Assembly: GCF_035998675.1 (NCBI RefSeq)
Contig: NZ_DASYHI010000013.1
Span: 215,001 to 279,000 of the forward strand
Direction of reading: 5' to 3'
Origin: Telluribacter sp.
GTDB taxonomy: Bacteria; Bacteroidota; Bacteroidia; Cytophagales; Spirosomataceae
DNA length: 64,000 bases
Part shown: one piece after another, positions 43,462 to 53,097 of the stretch
Position numbering within the stretch: position 1 is the first letter of the stretch
How the letters are laid out: each line of letters opens with the position of its first letter
Translations under genes and position numbers: made by a program
The notes under the pieces: model-generated
Databases searched by the model: none
What the model saw: only the letters and a program-made list of their open reading frames with translations
Told to the model about the DNA's origin: nothing

Positions 43462-45108
43462 TTACAGCGGTTTGTCTTTGGGGGTATGCACCACCGGCAA
43501 GTACACCTGGAACACCGCTCCCGGCCCGGATTTATTTTCGGCCCGGATATAGCCATTATGAAGTTCAACGATGCGCTTGCAGATGGTCAGGCCAATACCC
43601 GTTCCGGTGTAACTTTCTCTTTTGTGGAGGCGCTGGAAAAGCATAAACATTTTGTCGGCGTACTTCTCATCAAACCCGATTCCGTTGTCATCAAACACCA
43701 GCCTGACGTAGGGTTGCCCGGGACTTATGACCAGAGGTACCTCAGGAACGGGGGCGGTAAGTACAGTACCGGTAATGCTTATGACCGGGTTGTTGTCCGA
43801 AAACTTGAGCGCATTGCCGATGAGATTGCCAAACAGCTGGCTCATCTGTACCGGAATGGACTGAATATGAGGCAATTCACCACTATCAATTACGGCCCCT
43901 TTTTCAGAGATGAGTAGTTCAAAGTCGTCCAGTACCTGCCGCAGTACCAGATTCAGGTCGGTAGTGATGAACGATTGCTCTTTCTGGCTCAGCCGACTGT
44001 AGTTCAGGATGGCCTGCAGCAGGACCGACATACGCTGGGCCGAGGTATGTATCTTGGCCAGGTAGTTGGCCTTCTGCTCCAGGTGCCAGTTATTCTGCAG
44101 AAGATTTACAAAGGTTTGAATTTTGCGCAATGGCTCCTGCAGGTCATGGCTGGCTACGTAGTTAAACGATTCCAGCTCTTTGTTGGCGTGCTGCAGCTGC
44201 GCGTTTTTCTCTTCCAGCGAGCGGTTCGAATGGTGCAGTTCCTGCGTACGCTCCGCTACCTGTTGCTCCTGTTGCTCCGAGAAAGCTTTCTGCATATCAA
44301 TATTGGTAGCCGTACCAAACCACCTGAGTAGAGTACCTTCCGCGTCCCGCTGGGGGAAACCCCGGCTCAGGTGCCATTTGAAAGAGCCGTCACACATAGC
44401 CAGGCGGTGCTCTATCTCGTACACGGTACCGGTGGTTACGGCCTTCTGCCATACTTCCAGCGTAAGCGCCCGGTCGTCAGGGTGGACTACACTTGCCCAA
44501 TGCCATTTTCCGTCGGCCCCCTGGGTAGCGCCCGACAGTTCATTTACACGTTTGTTGTAGTAAGTTACTATTCCGTCCGGATCGGCTATCCAGACCACCT
44601 GCGGCATGGCGTCGGCCAGTTGAATGAGTTGCTGCTGACTTTCGGCCAATTTTTTTCCGGCTTCTACCTGGCTGGTTACGTCATAGCCAACGGCGATTAT
44701 CCCTTCAACGGTGTCCTGCTTGCCCCGCAGGGCCTGGTACTTTATGTTGAAGTACCCATTGTACATCAGCCCATTTCGTTTAAACACAACAGGGATTTCA
44801 TCAACCTGCTGGGGCTCCCCGCTCTGCAGTACTTTATTGATAACGTCCTCAATGGGGGTCTCTTTCAATTCCGGATAAACTTCAAAAAGAGGCTTGTCCA
44901 GGAGCGTTTCGGCCCTTCTGCTGACCAGTTCACAATAGGCCGGATTCACAAAGTCATAGACCAGCGCGTCGCCCAGCAAAATGGCAGTCGGAATATGCAG
45001 TTGATCAAAGTACCCGTACTTTTTTTCGCGTTGCTGTAAAGGGTATTCTTCCTGCTGATTTGACAGCATAGGTCCGCCTTTTGTCTTAGGAAGTACATTC
45101 TTCTCCAT
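43462..45108 (-). CDS. PAS-domain sensor histidine kinase (cytoplasmic)
   Basis: 548 aa with two PAS-like segments and a coiled coil. It has a HisKA H-box (FNYVASHDLQEPLRKI) and an HATPase_c domain (N-box GNALKF, G-boxes DNGIGF and GTGIGL). Confidence 0.85.
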   Translation of the reverse strand: MEKNVLPKTKGGPMLSNQQEEYPLQQREKKYGYFDQLHIPTAILLGDALVYDFVNPAYCELVSRRAETLLDKPLFEVYPELKETPIEDVINKVLQSGEPQQVDEIPVVFKRNGLMYNGYFNIKYQALRGKQDTVEGIIAVGYDVTSQVEAGKKLAESQQQLIQLADAMPQVVWIADPDGIVTYYNKRVNELSGATQGADGKWHWASVVHPDDRALTLEVWQKAVTTGTVYEIEHRLAMCDGSFKWHLSRGFPQRDAEGTLLRWFGTATNIDMQKAFSEQQEQQVAERTQELHHSNRSLEEKNAQLQHANKELESFNYVASHDLQEPLRKIQTFVNLLQNNWHLEQKANYLAKIHTSAQRMSVLLQAILNYSRLSQKEQSFITTDLNLVLRQVLDDFELLISEKGAVIDSGELPHIQSIPVQMSQLFGNLIGNALKFSDNNPVISITGTVLTAPVPEVPLVISPGQPYVRLVFDDNGIGFDEKYADKMFMLFQRLHKRESYTGTGIGLTICKRIVELHNGYIRAENKSGPGAVFQVYLPVVHTPKDKPL

Positions 45109-45525
45109 TTACTATTGATTGATTTGTGAACAAGCCCCCAGAAAGGACAGCAAGTGGTTGACCGTCGGGCCAACCTTACCTGTTTCTTTCAGGTACCTGA
45201 GTCAGAAAATTTCAAATGGATTAAATAACCGCAATCCCTTACCAGACTATCTACCGTAAAGTAGTTAGTAAATGGCATGAACAGGCAATTACATTTTGAT
45301 GTAAAATTAAGATAATGCTCAAATAATCAATGCCATTTCGATTATTTAGCCCTATTTATCTCCACAACTCCTTTGCAAAGGTGTAGAGTCAATCCAGAAA
45401 CTACCTTTCCACCCTATACGCTCCCCAAAGGACTGGTCTGGGGCGTTTGGTGCCGGTCCTGGTGGCACGGGTACAGTAGTTTCAGCCCCAATGCTGGCTT
45501 TAAAAGTAAATTCAACCTGTACCTA

Positions 45526-46536
45526 ATGCATTTGAAGTCGTATTGCTTTCTGCTTTTCATCTTAGTACTTACCCACCTTGCCACGGCCCAGCAACGATTT
45601 TTTAATCTGGGTGATTTTAAATTGGAAAACGGACAGGTAATTAAAAATTGCCGCCTGGGCTACCGCACCGTCGGCACCCTTAACCCCAACCACTCCAACG
45701 CCGTACTGGTACCTACCTGGTTTACGGGTACCAGCCAGCAGAAATTATCCATGGCCGCTCCGGGTCAGGTAGCCGACAGTACCCGCTTCTTTACCATTGT
45801 AGTTGATGCCCTGGGCAATGGGGTGTCGTCCTCACCTTCCAACAGCAAAGCGCAGCCCAACGGTCAGTTTCCCACTTTCTCCATCCGGGACATGGTACGG
45901 GCCGAGCACGAGCTGGTTACCCGGCATCTGGGCCTGCCCCACCTGTACGCCGTAGCGGGCATTTCTATGGGTGGCATGCAAAGCCTTGAGTGGTTGTTTA
46001 GCTACCCCGGCCTGATGAACAAGGTCGTTTCCATTGTAGGTACGCCCAACCAGTCGGCCTATGACCGCTTCCTGTGGGGTACGCAACTGGCCGTGCTGGA
46101 ACGGGGTAAGTACAGTACCGACGCCATGAAAACCGTGGGCGCTCTGCACGAAATGCACCTGACCTCGCCCAGTTACTACTACGCAAAGCTCCCCACCGAA
46201 CAGGAATTCCGGCAACATGTACAGGCCAAGGAGGCCGAATACGTCAAAAACAATAATCCTTACAACTGGGCCTCGCAGCTCAGAGCCATGCTGGGCCACG
46301 ATGTATTCCGGGGCCGCGACCGGGAAGAGGCCCTCCGGAGTACCCAGGCAAAGGTACTGGTGGTGGTAGCCTTGCAGGACCACATGGTCAATCCGCTGTC
46401 GGCTATCCAGCTGGCCCGCGACCTGAACGCCGAACTCCTCGAGCTGACCGGCAACTGCGGCCACCTGGCCAACGGCTGCGAAACCGACAAGATCAGGGAA
46501 AAAGCAAAAACATTTATGGCACTACAAGCTGAGTAA
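45526..46536 (+). CDS. Secreted alpha/beta hydrolase (homoserine-O-acetyltransferase/MetX-like fold)
   Basis: ATG at 45526 gives a signal peptide (MHLKSYCFLLFILVLTHLATAQ). It has a nucleophile elbow (GISMGG) and a C-terminal GHL motif. The upstream extension of the ORF to 45373 is unlikely to be translated. Confidence 0.7.
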   Translation: MHLKSYCFLLFILVLTHLATAQQRFFNLGDFKLENGQVIKNCRLGYRTVGTLNPNHSNAVLVPTWFTGTSQQKLSMAAPGQVADSTRFFTIVVDALGNGVSSSPSNSKAQPNGQFPTFSIRDMVRAEHELVTRHLGLPHLYAVAGISMGGMQSLEWLFSYPGLMNKVVSIVGTPNQSAYDRFLWGTQLAVLERGKYSTDAMKTVGALHEMHLTSPSYYYAKLPTEQEFRQHVQAKEAEYVKNNNPYNWASQLRAMLGHDVFRGRDREEALRSTQAKVLVVVALQDHMVNPLSAIQLARDLNAELLELTGNCGHLANGCETDKIREKAKTFMALQAE

Positions 46537-46654
46537 ACAAGTACCATCACCTGTGCCTGTGTCCCCACAAGCACAACTACAGAGTAAGTAGTAACCACCA
46601 AAGGGTGGGTATAACAACTAAACAAGTACCTAAAACCTAACTCCAATTACACCT

Positions 46655-47542
46655 ATGAATCGTCTGACATCACTCCTGCTCGTACTATTTCTGGCGCTTG
46701 GCGCGGGTACTACTGCCTGGGCGCAGACCGCTACCAAACCCATTCGTATCATCATGATCGGCGCGCACCCCGACGACTGCGACCTGAAAGGTGGGGGTAC
46801 CGCCGCGTTGCTGGCCTCCATGGGCCATGCCGTTAAATTTGTGGCAGTGACCAACGGCGACGCAGGCCACCAGACCATGAAAGGAAAAGCCCTGGCCAAA
46901 CGCCGCTTCGCTGAGGCCCAGGAAGCTGGCAAGCGCTTTGGCGTGACCTACGACGTACTTGACAACCACGATGGTCAGCTCCTGCCCGACCTCAAAACCC
47001 GCTTGCAGCTCATCAAAAAGATGCGCGAGTGGGACGCCGACGTGGTCATAGCCCCGCGCCCCAACGACTACCACCCCGACCACCGCTACACCGGCGTACT
47101 GGTGCAGGACGCCGCCTACATGGTAGCGGTACCTAACGTGGCTCCCGAAACGCCCCGCCTGCAGAAGAACCCGATATTCCTGTACTTCCAGGACCACTTC
47201 CAGCGCCCCAACCCCTTCCGGCCCGACGTAGCCATTGACATCACGCCCGTGTACGCCCAGAAGGTACACGCCCTGGACGCGCACCAGTCACAGGTGTACG
47301 AGTGGCTCCCCTGGATCGGTGGCTTCCTGGACCAGGTACCTGCCAACAAAGCCGAGCAGGAACCGTGGTTAGCTAAAACCCGGGCGACAAGAATAACACC
47401 CGAAGTACGGGCCTCGCTGGAAAAGTGGTACGGCAAAGACAAAGCCGCTCAGGTACAACACGCCGAAGCCTTTGAAATTTGTGAATACGGCGCCCGCCCT
47501 ACCGAAGATGATTTGAAGCGGTTGTTTCCGATGCTGAAGTAA
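46655..47542 (+). CDS. PIG-L/LmbE-family deacetylase, secreted
   Basis: 295 aa with a signal peptide. It has the IGAHPDDCDL (AHPDD) motif and DYHPDHRY (HxDH). Confidence 0.8.
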   Translation: MNRLTSLLLVLFLALGAGTTAWAQTATKPIRIIMIGAHPDDCDLKGGGTAALLASMGHAVKFVAVTNGDAGHQTMKGKALAKRRFAEAQEAGKRFGVTYDVLDNHDGQLLPDLKTRLQLIKKMREWDADVVIAPRPNDYHPDHRYTGVLVQDAAYMVAVPNVAPETPRLQKNPIFLYFQDHFQRPNPFRPDVAIDITPVYAQKVHALDAHQSQVYEWLPWIGGFLDQVPANKAEQEPWLAKTRATRITPEVRASLEKWYGKDKAAQVQHAEAFEICEYGARPTEDDLKRLFPMLK

Positions 47543-47677
47543 AGTATAACTACCAGATAATTAAGTAGCTATCAGAAATTAGCTTTTAGTGGTTAGTTCT
47601 CTAAGTTGCTGTATAATACCGGATTGTAAATAATTCTAATGCAAAGTACTTTTGCGCAAGTACTTAACTATCAAGGG

Positions 47678-47726
47678 TGTTACACTACTATTTTCTAGGT
47701 TAGGAAATAGTAGTGTAACATTTTTA
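47678..47726 (+). terminator. Intrinsic terminator (16-bp perfect stem plus T-run)
   Basis: TGTTACACTACTATTT (47678-47693) pairs with AAATAGTAGTGTAACA (47705-47720), with an 11-nt loop, followed by TTTTTA. Confidence 0.75.
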
Positions 47727-47787
47727 TACCACAATTCAAGCAGTTTAATCGAAATGAAACATTATGAAGTGTGGGGAAGTACTTACT

Positions 47788-48066
47788 CTACTTCCTCTCC
47801 CGCTTCAGAAGTTCTTCAAAGTCTCCGTTGACCCAGCGGGGCTGACCAATATAACCCGGTGAAACAATAAAACGCCCCGTCTGGGTGTCTAGGATAACCG
47901 TCTCTCTATCCCCGGCTACGACCTGGAAGCGGCGTGTATCAATAATATCAGACGCTGATTGGCCTTTCCCGGCAGGTGTAAAATTGGCTAGTAGCAGAAT
48001 GCCCCCAAGAGTAAAGGCTCCTACAAAAAATGATTTGATGTCAAGAGAGAAGTGAATGGTTTTCAT
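47788..48066 (-). CDS. Hypothetical small membrane-anchored protein
   Basis: 92-aa ORF with one N-terminal hydrophobic helix (FFVGAFTLGGILLLANF). I recognise no family. Confidence 0.4.
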   Translation of the reverse strand: MKTIHFSLDIKSFFVGAFTLGGILLLANFTPAGKGQSASDIIDTRRFQVVAGDRETVILDTQTGRFIVSPGYIGQPRWVNGDFEELLKRERK

Positions 48067-48177
48067 GGTCGATGAAATGGTTAGTTTGTTGTTAGTAACT
48101 GTAAAAAATGCTTGTATTTGACTATCTGCAATGTCCGCTCAAAGTACTTTATTACTTGATTTTTACCAAACACACCC

Positions 48178-49140
48178 ATGAAAGCCGCCACTTACACCGA
48201 ATACGGACCGCCCTCTGTCCTGAAAGTACAGGAGGTAGCGAGGCCGGTACCCAAAGACAACGAGGTACTGGTGCGCGTCCACGCCGCTACCGTCAACCGC
48301 ACCGACTGCGCCATGCTGCGGGCGAAGCCGTTTATCATGCGCTTTTTTACGGGATTGCGACGGCCCCGCAACCCCATTCCGGGTACCGAGTTTGCGGGTC
48401 AGGTAGAAGCCATGGGCAAAGACGTAACGGCTTTTAAAGTCGGGGACCGGGTGTTTGGGTTTGAAGATATAGGCCTGAGTACCCAGGCCCAGTACCTGAC
48501 ACTGGCCGAGGACCGGGCCCTCACCCATATACCCAAAGGTACCTCCTACGAGCAGGCGGCGGCCAGCTCCGAAGGTACCCACTACGCCTATAACTTTATC
48601 AATAAAATCTCCCTCGTGGCCGGGCAGAAGGTACTTGTAAACGGCGCTACCGGGGCCATTGGGTCGGCGGCGGTGCAGCTCCTGAAGTTCTACGGCGCCC
48701 GGGTAACGGCGGTTTGTGCTACCAGGAATCTTGAACTGGTCAAAGCCCTGGGGGCCGAGCGGGTCATTGACTACAGCCGGGAAGACTTCACCCAACAGGA
48801 CGAGAAGTACCATTACGTTTTTGACACCGTGGGCAAGAGTTCCTACGGCCGGTGCAAGCCGCTGCTGCTGCCGGGGGGCGCGTATATTTCGTCGGAGCTG
48901 GGGTATGGAGCGCAGAATATTTTCCTGGCCCTGGTAACGCCGCTGGCGGGTGCTACCAAAGTGATATTTCCTATTCCGTCCGATTACAAAAAGAGTATCC
49001 GCCTCGTCAGGGATCTTACCGAACAGGGAAAGTACCGGGCCGTGATCGACAGTACTTACCCCCTCGACCAGATTGCCGAAGCCTACCGCTTTGTAGAAAC
49101 AGGACAGAAAGTAGGGAATGTGGTAGTAACCATGTGGTGA
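48178..49140 (+). CDS. NAD(P)H-dependent medium-chain dehydrogenase/reductase (quinone-oxidoreductase-like)
   Basis: 320 aa with a GroES-like N-terminus (VRVHAATVNRTD) and a Rossmann motif (VNGATGAIGSAAVQL). The antisense ORF 48163-48813 is judged a shadow ORF. Confidence 0.85.
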   Translation: MKAATYTEYGPPSVLKVQEVARPVPKDNEVLVRVHAATVNRTDCAMLRAKPFIMRFFTGLRRPRNPIPGTEFAGQVEAMGKDVTAFKVGDRVFGFEDIGLSTQAQYLTLAEDRALTHIPKGTSYEQAAASSEGTHYAYNFINKISLVAGQKVLVNGATGAIGSAAVQLLKFYGARVTAVCATRNLELVKALGAERVIDYSREDFTQQDEKYHYVFDTVGKSSYGRCKPLLLPGGAYISSELGYGAQNIFLALVTPLAGATKVIFPIPSDYKKSIRLVRDLTEQGKYRAVIDSTYPLDQIAEAYRFVETGQKVGNVVVTMW

Positions 49141-49291
49141 ACTGACTAGTCGCTGGTAGTTGTGGCGGGCTGTTTTTGTCTTCTATTGCGCGAAGCAGCG
49201 ATTTTCTCGGCCTTGTTCCTCCACCGCGCTCCACCCAATATTAAACAATATTTTACTACCTTTACCAGATAAATAAACGAATATCGGCTGA

Positions 49292-49732
49292 ATGGTAACA
49301 AATGTATTGATTGTAGAGGACGATGAAATCACCATTAGCTTAGTGGAAAGGGCCATCAGGAAGTATAGTTTCGCTGAAAACATTACGATTCAGCGAAACG
49401 GACAGGAAGCCCTGAACTATCTGGCACTGGTAGCTGCTCAGGAAGGCAACAGAGTACCTGATCTTATATTTCTGGATGTTAATATGCCCGTCATGAACGG
49501 CTGGGAGTTTCTTGACACCTTTACGATATTGTCAAAGGAGCAATTTCCCAATACCTGCGTCTGCATATTGTCGTCTTCCATGGATCCTGCGGATAAATTA
49601 AAAGCACTGAGTTATTCCTGTGTCATAGATTTCCTGCCTCAACCTTTAAAAGCTGGTAATTTGAAGTTTCTCGAGCAATTTTTTGTTCAACGAAAGGGAA
49701 TATTTGAAAGCGGTACTTCAAATCCTGCTTAG
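49292..49732 (+). CDS. Stand-alone CheY-like response-regulator receiver protein
   Basis: 146 aa with VLIVEDDEITI, the phospho-acceptor context LIFLDVNMPVMNG, and CILSSS / a later K. There is no output domain. The segment is AT-richer than its flanks. Confidence 0.8.
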   Translation: MVTNVLIVEDDEITISLVERAIRKYSFAENITIQRNGQEALNYLALVAAQEGNRVPDLIFLDVNMPVMNGWEFLDTFTILSKEQFPNTCVCILSSSMDPADKLKALSYSCVIDFLPQPLKAGNLKFLEQFFVQRKGIFESGTSNPA

Positions 49733-50133
49733 GGTACTACCAAAATACCTTACCTATACAATCAGGAAGTTACGGCCGAACTCAGCCGTGGCTTTTTAAT
49801 TCCTTTCCGGACCCGACCTCCCGCCGGGCCACCGCGCTCCTCCACCAAAAGTACCCGGCCCGCTTTCCCCTTTGAAACCGGCCAGCCACCGGGCGAAAAA
49901 CGGATGATATTCGTTTACGCAGATGGATGGAGAACTACCTTTCGTTACCCAGAAAACACTTCCCCGCTTTTGAGGTTATTTACCAAGTACCAGCCACTGC
50001 TCTGGCTTGCCACCTGCACTTTCTGGTTTAAACATTAACCACGTACCGGGATTCCTGCTCACACGCTCCCGGAGCAGGTACGTTGGTAAAGGTACTTCAC
50101 TGGTAAAAGAATAACTTAAAATCAAGGATAACT

Positions 50134-50985
50134 ATGCGTTGGCAGGACTTACGGAGAAGCAGAAACGTAGAAGACCGCCGCGGCATGTCCAGCGGAGGCA
50201 AGGTAGCCGTGGGTGGGCTCGGCTTTGTGATTTTGCTGGCGATTGGCCTCCTCACCGGCCAGGACCCGGGCGAAATCCTATCCCAGATTCAGGGTAGTGA
50301 GCAACCGACCGCACAGAATGAAACACGCCCGGCGGGGCCGCGACCCGATGACCAGATGGCCGATTTTGTATCGGCAGTACTGGGAAGTACCGAAGACGTA
50401 TGGACCACAATTTACGCCGAAAACAACTCGCAGTACCAGGCCCCTACCCTACAGCTATTTGACGACGCCACCCAAAGCGCCTGCGGCGGTGCCTCCGCCG
50501 CGATGGGTCCGTTTTACTGTCCGGCCGACCAGAAGGTTTACATTGATCTTTCGTTTTGTGACCAGTTGAGGGAGCGGTTCCGCGCGCCCGGTGAGTTTGC
50601 CGTGGCCTACGTGGTCGCTCACGAAGTAGGCCACCACGTGCAGAACCTGATGGGGATCTCGGACCAGGTGCAGCAGCAGCGCGGGCGGCTGAGCCGGGCC
50701 GACTACAACAAGCTCTCGGTGCAGCTGGAACTGCAGGCCGATTTTCTGGCGGGCGTGTGGGCCAACCGGGCGCACGAAATGAGCAATATTCTGGAACCCG
50801 GCGACCTGGAAGCCGCCCTGACTGCGGCAAATGCCATTGGCGACGATAAACTACAGAAAGAATCGCAGGGCTACGTAGTACCCGATGCGTTCACGCATGG
50901 TACTTCCCAGCAACGCATGTACTGGTTCAGGAAAGGGTACGAATCCGGCGACCTGAGCCAGGGGCGTATTCAGGATATACGGTAA
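50134..50985 (+). CDS. YpfJ-family neutral zinc metallopeptidase
   Basis: 283 aa with the typical N-terminus (MRWQDLRRSRNVEDRRG), one TM helix, and an HExxH motif (AHEVGHHVQ). Confidence 0.85.
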   Translation: MRWQDLRRSRNVEDRRGMSSGGKVAVGGLGFVILLAIGLLTGQDPGEILSQIQGSEQPTAQNETRPAGPRPDDQMADFVSAVLGSTEDVWTTIYAENNSQYQAPTLQLFDDATQSACGGASAAMGPFYCPADQKVYIDLSFCDQLRERFRAPGEFAVAYVVAHEVGHHVQNLMGISDQVQQQRGRLSRADYNKLSVQLELQADFLAGVWANRAHEMSNILEPGDLEAALTAANAIGDDKLQKESQGYVVPDAFTHGTSQQRMYWFRKGYESGDLSQGRIQDIR

Positions 50986-51000
50986 ATTTCTTTTATAGTA

Positions 51001-51031
51001 CCCGTGCCACGGTTTTGAACCGTGGCACGGG
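51001..51031. repeat. 31-nt palindrome (12-bp stem); terminator-like, member of a repeated palindrome pair
   Basis: CCCGTGCCACGG-TTTTGAA-CCGTGGCACGGG lies between convergent genes. A closely related palindrome occurs at 52790-52819. Confidence 0.8.
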
Positions 51032-51041
51032 TAAGCCCCTC

Positions 51042-51995
51042 CTACTCCTTGGGTACTACATACTCAAAGCCAAAGTGTTTTGCGTAATCCTCAAGGGGAG
51101 GAAGCCCCATCTCTGCTCGTCGTTTATTCACATTTGGCTCATCTTCAATAGGTTCGAATCCGGCAGGTTTACCATCCGGGCCATTCCTTACCTGGGAACC
51201 AAATAGTTGCTTCTGACCTTTGAAAACGCGGATACGATCCACCAGTAAAGCCAGGTGTGATTTATCTAATTCGCCCTGTTGAGCCGCTTCCTGTATCAGG
51301 GGGAAGTACTTTTCCTGAACGGCCAGTGCAGCGTGCTGGATCACTAACCAGGCCGTTATAGATTGATCTTCGCCGACCAGCGTTTTACCGGGATAGCCAT
51401 GCTCTTGAAGGATCCGCTCTATTTTGGGAAGATTGACAGAATCAACACGCTTCATCTCTTCCCACACGGGTTTTGCCTCCGGAGAATCAAAGCCGTACTC
51501 GCGGCCAACGGTGTCCATCTTCAGCCGGGGCTTCTGGTCAGCTTCACGAATCTGCTTTAACTCGCGTTCAAGGTCTGGGTTACGTCCTGCGGCTCTCTTT
51601 TCTTCGTCAAGGTACTGCTGAAAGTCCGCGGCCAGGGCGCTGGCTCGCAAAGGGGCTAACTCCGGATGCTCCTGCTGATCTTCCCATATTTCCTCGCTAA
51701 GTTCCCAGTCTAAAGCGATGGCCTTTTTCATATAAATATGGGCCTGCTCCTTCTGCTGGCACTGACAGGCACATACCGCAGCCCGTAAGGTACTCATGGC
51801 ACTTGTATGGGAAACCGAAAAGGCCCGTTTATACTGGGTGAGGCAGGTAGTACAATCTCCCACTTTCAGGGCTTTTAGCGCTGCCTCTACGGCATTGATA
51901 TAAACGGTATCCTGCGTGGCGTAGATAACCTCCTGAGCTACCGCAGGCCCGTTTAGTATCCACAGGAAGCCCAGAGTTAGTAGTAAGTGTTTCAT
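51042..51995 (-). CDS. Hypothetical secreted protein (TPR-like N-terminal part; C-terminal part possibly DUF6624-like)
   Basis: 317 aa with a signal peptide (LGFLWILNGPAVAQ). The C-terminal segment IERILQEHGYPGKTLVGEDQSITAWLVIQHA...LALLVDRIRVFKGQKQLFGSQ resembles DUF6624 as I recall it. That family name is unverified. Confidence 0.5.
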   Translation of the reverse strand: MKHLLLTLGFLWILNGPAVAQEVIYATQDTVYINAVEAALKALKVGDCTTCLTQYKRAFSVSHTSAMSTLRAAVCACQCQQKEQAHIYMKKAIALDWELSEEIWEDQQEHPELAPLRASALAADFQQYLDEEKRAAGRNPDLERELKQIREADQKPRLKMDTVGREYGFDSPEAKPVWEEMKRVDSVNLPKIERILQEHGYPGKTLVGEDQSITAWLVIQHAALAVQEKYFPLIQEAAQQGELDKSHLALLVDRIRVFKGQKQLFGSQVRNGPDGKPAGFEPIEDEPNVNKRRAEMGLPPLEDYAKHFGFEYVVPKE

Positions 51996-52006
51996 TGGTA
52001 GCGGTG

Positions 52007-52669
52007 CTAGACATGAGGTACTTTACCTTTATTTTTTTCACGGGCTTTAAAATAGGCAGCCCATAAACCTGCCAGAATGATTACAGGAGAATAACTGGAA
52101 AGTGGAGGCTTGATACCGGATGAATAAGTGCGAAAGAACACCCATACCATCGTCAAGGACATGGCTACCAATAGAAAAGGCATCCATTTTTGCTCATATA
52201 AAGAAGGCTTACGAACCAGTTCGGTGTTGGTTTCGACTACGTACTGATTGATGGTACGTTCCAGATCATCACATAAGGCTTCAAATGCCTCGGGCTTACA
52301 AAACTGATAATTCGCAACCAGCCTGAACTTGGTGTTATCCGTAAAGGTACAGCTTAGCCTGGTACCATTATAGTGTTCTACTTTATAGGATTTAAGCTCA
52401 CTAAACCGGATGTGCCGGGTTTGGTTGAAAAGGATAACGGTAAGCGACGTATCCTCCAGGTGGGCTTCTCCCACTTTCTTTATTTTCTTCTTATTGAGAA
52501 AGAAAACGAGAAAAGGGGTACCTATAGCCAATGTGGCATAAAGTGTACTTCCTAGGAGAGGGGCCATGTAGGGTATACCAAGCAGAAGAACTATTAGCAA
52601 AACAAAGCAGGTACCTAACAGGAGGAAAAGGGCTTTTTGATTGGTGTACTCGTAGGTATAGTGCTTCAT
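52007..52669 (-). CDS. Hypothetical membrane protein
   Basis: 220-aa ORF with two N-terminal and two C-terminal hydrophobic helices flanking a soluble middle domain. I recognise no family. Confidence 0.45.
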   Translation of the reverse strand: MKHYTYEYTNQKALFLLLGTCFVLLIVLLLGIPYMAPLLGSTLYATLAIGTPFLVFFLNKKKIKKVGEAHLEDTSLTVILFNQTRHIRFSELKSYKVEHYNGTRLSCTFTDNTKFRLVANYQFCKPEAFEALCDDLERTINQYVVETNTELVRKPSLYEQKWMPFLLVAMSLTMVWVFFRTYSSGIKPPLSSYSPVIILAGLWAAYFKAREKNKGKVPHV

Positions 52670-52789
52670 GGGATGGAGTGGTTAGAGGATGGATGGATCA
52701 GTTTTCCGATTGCCCCTGAAATATAAGAAACCTTTACATATAGTAGTAGGCGCTCTGCTTTATTTTTTACTACGGTAAAGCCTGCTTAT

Positions 52790-52819
52790 CCGTGGCACGG
52801 TTTGAAACCGTGCCACGGG
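52790..52819. repeat. Second copy of the CCGTG-N-CACGG-based palindrome
   Basis: CCGTGGCACGG-TTTGAAA-CCGTGCCACGGG uses the same arms as 51001-31 but with the central G/C swapped between arms. It lies in a divergent intergenic region, where a terminator is not expected. Confidence 0.8.
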
Positions 52820-53097
52820 TAGCGAGTCCCTGGTGTAGTCCTATAAATCACCTAAAACTTTACCCCCAGCGCCGGGGTCACGGTAGCATCGAATCGCGTT
52901 GCCACCGTTGGCAGAGGTAGTTTTCCTTTCTTTTAAAGTTTCTATTAAATCAGAAATAAATATAAAACCCGCTGATTTATAGTATATTTACCTGTAACGT
53001 AGTATACTATATGTTTTTGACCTCCCGACGAGGGTCCGGTGCATTAACATAGAAAGTATTTACCTCAGCAACCCACGTAGCAGAAGCTTTTCCTGGT

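Noticed and set aside
51151-51161. tRNA-like T-arm motif GGTTCGAATCC.
   Set aside because: The flanks cannot form a T-stem or cloverleaf, and it lies inside the well-supported CDS 51042-51995. A second GGTTCGAATGG at about 44223 is likewise inside the histidine kinase gene.
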